From contig SMWY01000091.1 of assembly GCA_004356555.1 (NCBI GenBank), positions 1-38,977 on the forward strand: a stretch of DNA of 38,977 nucleotides. Direction: 5' to 3'. A program made the translations under genes and the position numbers. The notes under the pieces are model-generated. The model did not search any database and was not told the DNA's origin. It saw nothing but the letters and a program-made list of their open reading frames with translations. The DNA is from Candidatus Dadabacteria bacterium. GTDB lineage: Bacteria; Desulfobacterota_D; UBA1144; Nemesobacterales; UBA2774. The first letter of the stretch is position 1, and each line of letters begins with the position of its first letter. Positions 19,974 through 27,866 of this stretch are shown here, piece by piece.

Positions 19974-20738
19974 ATGTTACTTGCTGTAGACATAGGGAAT
20001 ACAAACATAGTTTTTGGCTTATTTGAAGGGGATGAGATTAAGAGTCACTGGAGGATAGGCAGTGATAAATCCAGAACCTCCGACGAATATGGTGTTCTGT
20101 TCAAGAAGTTAATAGAGATTAAGGAAATAGACACCGATCAAATAAAAGGAGCCGCTATTTCATGCGTCGTTCCTACTCTTCTTGAAACCATATTAGACGC
20201 AATTAATACCTACTTTGGCGTAGACCCGATCATTGTAGGTCCCGGTATAAAAACCGGGATGCCTATTCTATACCATAACCCAAAAGAAGTGGGAGCAGAC
20301 CGTATAGTAAACGGTGTAAGCGCCTATGAAAAATTCCATAAGAGCGTAATAGTAGTTGATTTCGGCACTGCAACTACTTTTGATTGTATATCCGATAAAG
20401 GCGAATATATAGGCGGAGTAATCACCCCGGGACTACATATTTCTGCAGAAGCCCTTTACCAACATGCATCAAAACTCCCAAGGGTTGAGATTATCAAACC
20501 TGATAATGTAATAGGAAAAACAACCGTTGAAAGTATTCAATCCGGGCTTGTGCACGGATACGCAGGGCTCGTAGACGGTATAGTCAAAAAAATAAAAGCA
20601 GAATTGAAAACCGATCCTAAAGTCATAGCTACAGGCGGGTCTGCTGAGCTCATAGCAAAAGAGAGTGAAACGATTGAATCTGTCGATGATTTTCTTACCT
20701 TACATGGACTAAAGCTCATCTATGAAAGAAACCTTTAA
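19974..20738 (+). CDS. coaX: Type III pantothenate kinase
   Basis: AVDIGNTNI, SCVVP, EVGADR, VDFGTATTFD, GGVITPG, ATGG, LTLHGL. Confidence 0.98.
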   Translation: MLLAVDIGNTNIVFGLFEGDEIKSHWRIGSDKSRTSDEYGVLFKKLIEIKEIDTDQIKGAAISCVVPTLLETILDAINTYFGVDPIIVGPGIKTGMPILYHNPKEVGADRIVNGVSAYEKFHKSVIVVDFGTATTFDCISDKGEYIGGVITPGLHISAEALYQHASKLPRVEIIKPDNVIGKTTVESIQSGLVHGYAGLVDGIVKKIKAELKTDPKVIATGGSAELIAKESETIESVDDFLTLHGLKLIYERNL

Positions 20739-21111
20739 TTTCCTCATACGAAAACACAACACCCCTCATCCTCACTATGACCTTTATCTCGAAGTAGGAG
20801 ATGAATTAAAGTCATGGATTATTCCAAATGGTATTCCTACAATTAAGAAAGAAAAAAAAGTAGCAGTCGAGAACGAAATCCTTGACGAACCAATAGACAA
20901 TCTCGAATCTCAAGAAATATTTGAGGACGCTTACGGAAAAGGAAAAACAAAGCTCTGGGACAAGGGTATATATACTCTTGAAACCAATAAGAAAATAAAA
21001 ATCATAATCAAAGCCGAGGGCAACAAATTTAACGGAAAGTTCTTATTACATGTCCCTAACTGGGGGAGATGGACCAAGAAGAGGCTTTGGACGCTTGAGA
21101 TGATTCGGTAA
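20722..21111 (+). CDS. Stand-alone LigD 3'-phosphoesterase (PE)-fold protein with a degenerate active site
   Basis: KH....PHYDLYLE...LKSWIIP.G and YGKG...LWDKGIY match the LigD_N/PE pattern; overlaps coaX by 17 bp. Confidence 0.8.
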   Translation: MKETFNFLIRKHNTPHPHYDLYLEVGDELKSWIIPNGIPTIKKEKKVAVENEILDEPIDNLESQEIFEDAYGKGKTKLWDKGIYTLETNKKIKIIIKAEGNKFNGKFLLHVPNWGRWTKKRLWTLEMIR

Positions 21112-21117
21112 GTACAG

Positions 21118-21143
21118 GATCTCTCAAATTTATTTGAGATGAC
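21118..21143. repeat. REP-like hairpin ending in ATGAC
   Basis: GATC-TCTCAAAT-TT-ATTTGAGA-TGAC; arms 21122-21129 and 21132-21139 are perfect reverse complements. Confidence 0.6.
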
Positions 21144-21178
21144 AAAGAGTATCCGCGCGCGGACTAGTTCTAAAAGAT

Positions 21179-21291
21179 GAGATGCTGAAGTTTGGGTGTA
21201 ATGAGATGATGAGCCAAGACTAGTTGTGTTCTTGCTCTTAGGAGAAGGCGTCCAGTTCTTGTGCTAACTCAGAACTGTAGTTCAGCATGAC
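21179..21291. repeat. REP-like element GAGATGCTGAA...TTCAGCATGAC with 91 nt of structured sequence between the arms (possible ncRNA or nested element)
   Basis: Outer stem ATGCTGAA 21182-21189 / TTCAGCAT 21281-21288. Inner hairpins GAG(C)CAAGA 21211-21219 / TCTTGCTC 21230-21237 and CAGTTCT 21253-21259 / AGAACTG 21271-21277. Confidence 0.5.
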
Positions 21292-21299
21292 TGAAAAAC

Positions 21300-21334
21300 A
21301 AATCCCTCTTTATCTCCCTTTTCCTAAGGGAGAA
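21300..21334. repeat. Pyrimidine/purine-skewed hairpin (REP-like, or a minus-strand terminator)
   Basis: TCTCCCTT 21313-21320 / AAGGGAGA 21326-21333 with a 5-nt loop; preceded by AAATCCCTCTTTA and followed by an A-rich tract. Confidence 0.55.
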
Positions 21335-21352
21335 GAAAAAGTAAGGAAAGAC

Positions 21353-21381
21353 TTAACTATTCGGGGTTTATGTAATACAAT
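21353..21381 (+). promoter_or_regulatory. Candidate sigma70 promoter of the DASS gene (very short leader)
   Basis: TTAACT-N17-TACAAT ending 10 nt before the ATG at 21392. Confidence 0.3.
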
Positions 21382-21391
21382 CAAGGGCTAA

Positions 21392-22732
21392 ATGAACAAG
21401 AAGCTTATTATATTGCTGAGCGGGCTTATATCGGTTGGGATATATATGTTCTTGCCTGCCGACAAAAATGTGCTCAAAGGGCTTGCAATACTATTCTTTA
21501 TAGCAGCATTGTGGATTACAGAAGCACTTCCTATAACTGTGACCGCATTACTCGTGCCTATAGTTGCAGTTATGACCGGAATATTTGACGTAAGAGAAGC
21601 GCTCAGCTATTTTGCCCATCCAATAATATTCTTATTCTTAGGTGGATTCGGTCTGGCGGCTGCACTACACAAATACAACCTCGATGAGCTGTTCGCAGGT
21701 TTCATCATGAAGACTGCTGGCTCTAAGATGATTTTCTCAGTTATAGGCTTATTTATCGCGACTGCTCTAATCAGTATGTGGATTAGTAACACGGCTACTA
21801 CCGCTATAATGCTTCCTGTGGCGCTCGGGCTAATCTCAAAGATAAAGGAAAGAAATCATACAACTGAAGTGTTCATTTTGCTGGGAGTTGCCTTCTCTGC
21901 CAACATAGGTGGGATTGGGACTATAATTGGGAGCCCGCCGAATGCAATAACGGCTGCTAATCTGGGGCTTAGTTTTAGCGAATGGCTCTCAATAGGCATA
22001 CCGTTCATGCTGATACTATTTCCGATTATGGTGATAGTTCTTTACGTAATACTAAAACCTAAATTTCCGGATATGGCGGCTATTTACACAATCAAAACCC
22101 AAGACGTTTTCTGCAACAAAAAGAGTTATGCAGTAGTATCAATATTCGGCTTTACTATAATTTTATGGCTGCTTAGCAAACCAATATCGACTTGGCTTGG
22201 AATAGAAAAAGGTTTTGACTCGATTATCGCAGTATTCGCAATAGTACTATTAGTTTTATTCAGAACGATAAAATGGAAAGAGATTGAAAATTTCGCAGAC
22301 TGGGGAGTGCTTCTTCTTTTTGGGGGAGGATTGGTATTAAGCGGTATATTATCAGAAACAGGAGCAAGTGTATACTTAGCGAAATTAGTTGAAACTCATT
22401 TGGTAAATTACGGACCGTTCTTGTTGGTACTTGGAGCGGTAACTCTTATGATTTTTTTGACCGAGGTAGCAAGCAACACTGCAAGCGCTGCAATATTGGT
22501 CCCAATTTTTCTCGTACTCGGCCAGGAAATTGGGCATTTCCCACCATATGAACTTGCGCTTACAGTGGGAATTGCCGCCTCGTGCGCCTTTATGCTCCCA
22601 GTTGCCACACCGCCAAACGCTCTGGTATTTGGAACAGAAAGAATAAAACTGAAAGAGATGATGAAGGTTGGATTTGTATTGAATATTATATGCGCCTTGG
22701 TAATTAGTGTTGTGGCTTACTTAATTTTTTGA
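21392..22732 (+). CDS. DASS/SLC13 sodium:dicarboxylate (or sulfate) symporter
   Basis: LWITEALP, IIFLFLGGF, two SNT motifs (MWISNTATT, EVASNTAS), IGSPPN, FMLPVATPPNA. Confidence 0.95.
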   Translation: MNKKLIILLSGLISVGIYMFLPADKNVLKGLAILFFIAALWITEALPITVTALLVPIVAVMTGIFDVREALSYFAHPIIFLFLGGFGLAAALHKYNLDELFAGFIMKTAGSKMIFSVIGLFIATALISMWISNTATTAIMLPVALGLISKIKERNHTTEVFILLGVAFSANIGGIGTIIGSPPNAITAANLGLSFSEWLSIGIPFMLILFPIMVIVLYVILKPKFPDMAAIYTIKTQDVFCNKKSYAVVSIFGFTIILWLLSKPISTWLGIEKGFDSIIAVFAIVLLVLFRTIKWKEIENFADWGVLLLFGGGLVLSGILSETGASVYLAKLVETHLVNYGPFLLVLGAVTLMIFLTEVASNTASAAILVPIFLVLGQEIGHFPPYELALTVGIAASCAFMLPVATPPNALVFGTERIKLKEMMKVGFVLNIICALVISVVAYLIF

Positions 22733-22746
22733 GGAAGCCACATAAA

Positions 22747-23175
22747 TCAATCGGCTTTATTAACTTCAGCAAGCTCGACAAGGACTCCATTCATTGCCTT
22801 GGGATGGATAAATGCAACTCTTGAATTGTAGGCGCCGGGGCGTGGAGATTCATCAATCAATCTTACACCCTGCTTTTTAAGTCTTTCGAGCACGGCTTCG
22901 ATATCGTCTACTTTAAAACATATATGGTGAATTCCCTCACCTCTTTTATCCAGAAACTTTGAGATAGGAGAGTTTTCGTCCATAGGTTCAAGTAGCTCAA
23001 TGGCAGTACCGCCGTCCTCAGGCACAAGCATTGAGGTATTAACTCCTTGATCCTCCACAACCTCGCGGTGTTCAACCCTAAGCCCAAGCGCAGTCTTATA
23101 TACTTCTTCTACTGCACTAAGATCTTTTACTGCAATAGCAACATGATATAAGTTTTCCAGTATGCCCTTTTCCAT
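22747..23175 (-). CDS. mce: Methylmalonyl-CoA epimerase (VOC family)
   Basis: HVAIAV, VEDQGV, IELLEP, FLDKRGEGIHHICF, VAFIHPK, GVLVEL. Confidence 0.95.
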   Translation of the reverse strand: MEKGILENLYHVAIAVKDLSAVEEVYKTALGLRVEHREVVEDQGVNTSMLVPEDGGTAIELLEPMDENSPISKFLDKRGEGIHHICFKVDDIEAVLERLKKQGVRLIDESPRPGAYNSRVAFIHPKAMNGVLVELAEVNKAD

Positions 23176-23300
23176 AAATTATATTCCTCTCAATAATTAG
23201 TGATTTATTTGTATTATACGATTATCAGAATATACCTACAAATTTTAATTATGTGTAAAAACAGACCATTACAATATAAACTTATGTCATTATATAAGAT

Positions 23301-24425
23301 TTAATCCTTAGAATCATAGCCTGTGAGCTCAACATAGCCCTTTCCTGAAAATCCCTCACCAGAGATTTTGACAGCTCCCTCCCAGTAAATAAATGAGTGT
23401 AGGAGCTCTTGGTCTTGCAATAGCGGAACTACGTTTAATTCAATATCGTGTCCGGGAATAGAAATTCGCCATTTTGAAGGGTAATCAATACCTGTTTTTG
23501 AACTTTTCCATGTATCAAGAACTTCAATTTCAAAATCCGCTGCCTTAAGAGGTGTTAAGTCACCGTTTTTATTGACTATACTGCCTGAGGAATAGTTATC
23601 GATTCCACCGTCTTTTAGCCTAAGCTGATAGAGCATAATCTCCCGCCCGTCATCGAGTTGAATAGAAAACCAGTCCCAGCCCTCCTGATTCTCTCCAAGC
23701 GCGCTTGTACTCCATTCACGATCTAACCAGCTTAGACCACGAACTTCAAATTCCTGACCATCTATGATAACTCTGCCCGATGTATCAATGCGTGTTTGAG
23801 AGAAATAGTAAGACGCGTTTCCCGGTTCCTGACTTTTCTGACTAAGACCCTTATCGCCTTGTAGAACCACAGGCTTAGCGGGTTTTAACAACAAATTTAT
23901 AGAAATAGAACCATCGGTTGCCTTAAGTTTGAAACTTTTGCCCTCCCCTTGGACAGACCAGTCATCTATCCAAACTCGAAACGGCATACGCTCAGCACCT
24001 GCAAGTCCTAGAGCGCTCCTACTCCAGCGTTCGCTTGAATAAAATTCTCCGTTTTCAATATCGCTCAGTGCAAAGTGTGCAAAATATATCTGGTTTGAAG
24101 CCCATTCGGACTCTCTATCTACTTCATAAGAACTTAAGGCACGCCTGAAGAAGGTAAGCTGGTAGCCGAAATCCCGGCCCGAAGAGTCTACGAGATTACC
24201 AGTATAGTACCACCACTCAGTTTGATATTCAGGATGGGGGCCGAAGTCCTTGGGGAATTTAAAGTCTCTGGGCATTTGGACCCTTTTAAATCCGCTTATA
24301 TCATATCCTGAAAGAGACTGGGCAATATTGCCCGTTTCTTGAGCACTTCTGTTATCACCGCATGAAGTTACAATTACCGCTATAAATACCAAAGCTATAA
24401 CAAAATTTATAGGCCGAAAATCCAT
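23301..24425 (-). CDS. AttH-like (CrtC / lipocalin-like domain) lipoprotein
   Basis: Lipobox VTSC; FPKDFGPHP..QTEWWYYTGNL, GYQLTFFR, ASYYFS, SWLDREWS, GWDWFS, YPSKW, YWEG, GYVELTGY. Confidence 0.9.
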   Translation of the reverse strand: MDFRPINFVIALVFIAVIVTSCGDNRSAQETGNIAQSLSGYDISGFKRVQMPRDFKFPKDFGPHPEYQTEWWYYTGNLVDSSGRDFGYQLTFFRRALSSYEVDRESEWASNQIYFAHFALSDIENGEFYSSERWSRSALGLAGAERMPFRVWIDDWSVQGEGKSFKLKATDGSISINLLLKPAKPVVLQGDKGLSQKSQEPGNASYYFSQTRIDTSGRVIIDGQEFEVRGLSWLDREWSTSALGENQEGWDWFSIQLDDGREIMLYQLRLKDGGIDNYSSGSIVNKNGDLTPLKAADFEIEVLDTWKSSKTGIDYPSKWRISIPGHDIELNVVPLLQDQELLHSFIYWEGAVKISGEGFSGKGYVELTGYDSKD

Positions 24426-24439
24426 TTATTAAACTCTCC

Positions 24440-27004
24440 TCACTCTTCCCTGATTAGTTTCCCGACATCTTCTTTACCAATCCTGTATGCCGGATATATG
24501 CCGGCTGCAATAGCGGCGATTAAAGCTATCACAATAGCCTCCATAATATATTTAGGCTCTAAAACAAAATTCAAAGTCCATCCGAATGAGCGGAGATTAA
24601 TCACATAAATAAGTATTAATGAAAGCACTACTCCAAGTGGTATTGAAAAAAGCCCCGCTGTAAGACCCATCAGCCCGTTCTCTAAAAACATCATCCTTCG
24701 AAGCTGTGATACAGTCATACCTAACGCACGAAATACCCCGAACTCACGACCCCTTTCTAACTGAAGCGCCATGAGTGAGCTTAGTACACTTATGAAAGCT
24801 ACAATTGCAATTAAGATTCTTAAAGCAGATGTAACGGTAAATGTCCTGTCAAAGGTGTTAATCGCCGATTTTTTAAGCGCGGTATTTGATCTGATATTGA
24901 GGTTATGGTCTTTAGACAAATATGCTCTAAGCTCTTCTACAGTCTTATCAACATCATCGCCAGGCAAAAGATAAACACCAAGCGAGTTAATTTGATTATC
25001 ACCCCAATTAGAGCGGAACACCTCATCTGAAATTAGAACTACACCTGCCTGTGAGCCGTAGTCATAATAAACCCCAGCTATTTCAAACTCTTTTACTCCC
25101 TTGTCAGTCGGAAGCTCAATCACATTTCCGGGGCCGGGCTTTATATTATTTCTGTAGGCAAATGACTCTGAGATAAGTACGGAGCTATCTTTCATTTGAT
25201 CCCAGAGCTTTTCATTATTCCCTCTATTCCAAATAAAACTTCTATTCTTTGCTGCTAAGTCCTCTGTAACTGCGACCAGATTAAACAGACCGTAAACGGA
25301 GCTCTGAAATTGAACTCTCCTTACGGTTGAGACTCTATCTACTCCCGGGAAATTTTCGACTTCTGCTCTTAAGGCAGGATCGAGCCCTGCCTTACCGCTG
25401 ATATTTGAAGATGGCATCGATATGAAAATGTCCGCGGTAAGAGCAATATCAATCCAATTCACCACAGTGCTTCGGAAACTACCTATCATAATGCTCACAC
25501 TTAATATCACAGAAATTGCGACAGTAAGGGAAGCAATAGCAATCCCTGTGCGGCTAGTGGACCTTAGTATATTACGGGGGGCCATACGTCCGATCACAGA
25601 GGTCTGGCTTAAAATAAGCGAGAAAAAACGCATAGAGACAGCAGTGCAGACGGGAACTATGAGCGACGCACCAAATAATATTAAGAATACCGAAATAAGA
25701 CTAAGCACGAGACTCTTTGTCGGTAGAAGTATTAGAATAAAACCAAGACCGATAAAAACGAGGCCTGAGAGAGTAAGGAACGGAACTATTTTGATAAAAT
25801 ATTTCTCAAGCCCAGAGCGGCGAAGAACATTAATAGGGCTAATACGGGAAGCCTCGAATGCAGGAACAATAGCGGCTAATAATGCGGCTAATATGCCCGC
25901 CAACATTCCTTTAACAATGGTTTCCGGAGAGACTGTAAAATTTGTAACCGTGAGAGTAAAATAAAGGTCATTAATTGTAGTGGTTACAAGCTCTACTATC
26001 CCGCGACCTAATAATATCCCGCCTATAACACCGATCAGACTCGCGATGGTGCCAATTATTAGCGCTTCTACCAAAACCATTTTAAATATTTGGCGGCGTG
26101 TAACACCGATTGACCTAAGTGTTCCGATAATCGAGCGCCTCTGTATTACCGAGAATGAAACTATGTTATAGATCAGAAAGACTCCTACGAAAAGTGCCAA
26201 TAGACTAAGGGCGGTCAGGTTAAGTTCAAACGAGCGGGTCAGGCTTTTTGCAGAACCCAAGAGCATGTCCTTTTTGTTGATTTCAATTGTGGGAGGAAGC
26301 ATATCCTTAATGCGTTTTAGATCTTCGACTCCTTTCGGAGTATTTTCATCAATAACCAGATCAATTTGGGATAAAACACCTAGCTTGCCAAGCAGTTCCT
26401 GAGCTGTGGATATGTCTGTAAGGACAATGCCACCTAAACTTTCCGAAAGCCCATCATCATTTGAATCAAGAAAACCTACTACTTCTATGTTGAGAGTTTT
26501 TGAGCCGTAACTTATTTTTAGTACACTTCCGGTATCGATACCGGCACTTTGGGCTAACTGCGGGGATATAAGAGCAGTGCCGGGCTTAGTCATCAATTCA
26601 CTCAAAGTATTCTGTGAAAGGTTACCAATAGGGCTAGTTTTATTATCATAAAATATTAAATCCGCAAAAAAGTCAATTCCTAAAAGACGTACAGCCCTGC
26701 CGCCAAGCTCTACTATATTTACATAATCCTCTACAATGGGAGCTATATTACGAATACCTAATTCGAGCCTAAGGTCCTTATATATTGTTTCATCAATATG
26801 TGAGTATGTACCTAATATCTGGTGCGTGCTCTTACTTGATAGCATCTCCTTAGAAAGAGTGAATGAGCGGCTTGCACTTTGATTTGCAATATCCACTGAT
26901 ACCACCAGAGCCACGCCAAACGCTATTCCGATAATTAGAAGAATGTTCTGGAGCAAGTGCTTTTTGATATAACCGAAACTGACAAGAAAGAGTGGATAAT
27001 TCAT
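24440..27004 (-). CDS. FtsX/MacB-type ABC permease with duplicated architecture (AttF/G-like)
   Basis: Two repeats of TM + periplasmic domain + FtsX motif (QRRSIIGTLRSIGVT; ERGREFGVFRALGMT); LAAIVPA and AGIYPA. Confidence 0.92.
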   Translation of the reverse strand: MNYPLFLVSFGYIKKHLLQNILLIIGIAFGVALVVSVDIANQSASRSFTLSKEMLSSKSTHQILGTYSHIDETIYKDLRLELGIRNIAPIVEDYVNIVELGGRAVRLLGIDFFADLIFYDNKTSPIGNLSQNTLSELMTKPGTALISPQLAQSAGIDTGSVLKISYGSKTLNIEVVGFLDSNDDGLSESLGGIVLTDISTAQELLGKLGVLSQIDLVIDENTPKGVEDLKRIKDMLPPTIEINKKDMLLGSAKSLTRSFELNLTALSLLALFVGVFLIYNIVSFSVIQRRSIIGTLRSIGVTRRQIFKMVLVEALIIGTIASLIGVIGGILLGRGIVELVTTTINDLYFTLTVTNFTVSPETIVKGMLAGILAALLAAIVPAFEASRISPINVLRRSGLEKYFIKIVPFLTLSGLVFIGLGFILILLPTKSLVLSLISVFLILFGASLIVPVCTAVSMRFFSLILSQTSVIGRMAPRNILRSTSRTGIAIASLTVAISVILSVSIMIGSFRSTVVNWIDIALTADIFISMPSSNISGKAGLDPALRAEVENFPGVDRVSTVRRVQFQSSVYGLFNLVAVTEDLAAKNRSFIWNRGNNEKLWDQMKDSSVLISESFAYRNNIKPGPGNVIELPTDKGVKEFEIAGVYYDYGSQAGVVLISDEVFRSNWGDNQINSLGVYLLPGDDVDKTVEELRAYLSKDHNLNIRSNTALKKSAINTFDRTFTVTSALRILIAIVAFISVLSSLMALQLERGREFGVFRALGMTVSQLRRMMFLENGLMGLTAGLFSIPLGVVLSLILIYVINLRSFGWTLNFVLEPKYIMEAIVIALIAAIAAGIYPAYRIGKEDVGKLIREE

Positions 27005-27027
27005 ATTAAGTAGATACCAACATTACA

Positions 27028-27726
27028 TTATTCAGAAAAAAGTTTCCCATTATGAATGGTGTAAACCTGGTCTGCATATTCTATTATCTCAAGACTATGA
27101 GTAGCAAATATCATAGTTTTTTCTTCCTCACGGGCCACACCCAGGAGCAGGGCCAGTATTTCTTTTGCAGTCTCATCGTCTAAATTTCCTGTAGGTTCAT
27201 CGGCCAGAACTAAATCCGGATCGTTGATAAGAGCCCGCGCGATTGCAACACGCTGCTGCTCCCCTCCTGACAGGACGTCCGGGTAAGAATTCAATCTATC
27301 GCCCAGATTAACTCTTTCTAACAATTCCCCGGCACGAAGCCGACTTTCCTGACTGTTTGTACCATTTAATTCACAGGGCAGTGCTACGTTCTCAATTACA
27401 CTTAGTGTAGGAATAAGGTTGAAGAACTGAAAAATTATCCCGACCTGGTTCCTTCTGATCAAAGTGAGCTGATCTTCTGAAAGACCTGAAAGAAGAGTCT
27501 CCCCAATCCATACTTCACCACTATCCGGATAATCAATGCCGGAGATAAGATTAAGCAGTGTAGTCTTACCCGAGCCGCTCTTTCCTACTAATGCGATAAT
27601 CTCGCCTTGATAGAACTCAGCATTTATATTGTCAATAATGTTAATGCTTGCCCCAGCCTCTTGGTAATATTTGCAAAGGTTTTTGAGGCGAAGTTTTATA
27701 TGTCTCTTAGAGTTTTCTTTAGACAT
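27028..27726 (-). CDS. ABC ATP-binding protein, LolD/MacB-like (AttE-like)
   Basis: GKSGSGKTT, IFQFFNL, LSGGEQQRVAIARAL, LADEPTGNLD, ATH. Confidence 0.96.
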   Translation of the reverse strand: MSKENSKRHIKLRLKNLCKYYQEAGASINIIDNINAEFYQGEIIALVGKSGSGKTTLLNLISGIDYPDSGEVWIGETLLSGLSEDQLTLIRRNQVGIIFQFFNLIPTLSVIENVALPCELNGTNSQESRLRAGELLERVNLGDRLNSYPDVLSGGEQQRVAIARALINDPDLVLADEPTGNLDDETAKEILALLLGVAREEEKTMIFATHSLEIIEYADQVYTIHNGKLFSE

Positions 27727-27866
27727 TTAAGAATGGTTAAATCTGAATTTATAGATCTAATTTAAGAGTAATGACATCTCAATCTATTTCAAGGCCGGGC
27801 TAATTTAGTGAATTATAGATCCTTACTTTATGGGATTTAATTGCTGGAAGAAAAATAGGAATCAGC

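Noticed and set aside
21096-21291. Mini CRISPR array based on the TGAGATG recurrences
   Set aside because: The motif is only 7 bp, spacing is irregular (39, 43, 24 bp) and there are no cas genes.
21179-21291. tRNA or tRNA remnant
   Set aside because: Multibranch, but no T-loop GTTCGA or D-loop consensus, and arm lengths do not fit a cloverleaf.
23301-24425. Carotenoid 1,2-hydratase (crtC) call
   Set aside because: It is a lipoprotein in an ABC operon with no crt genes, which fits the AttH-like group better.
25422-26171. 180-aa and 63-aa plus-strand ORFs
   Set aside because: Antisense shadows of the hydrophobic ABC permease with no recognisable motifs.
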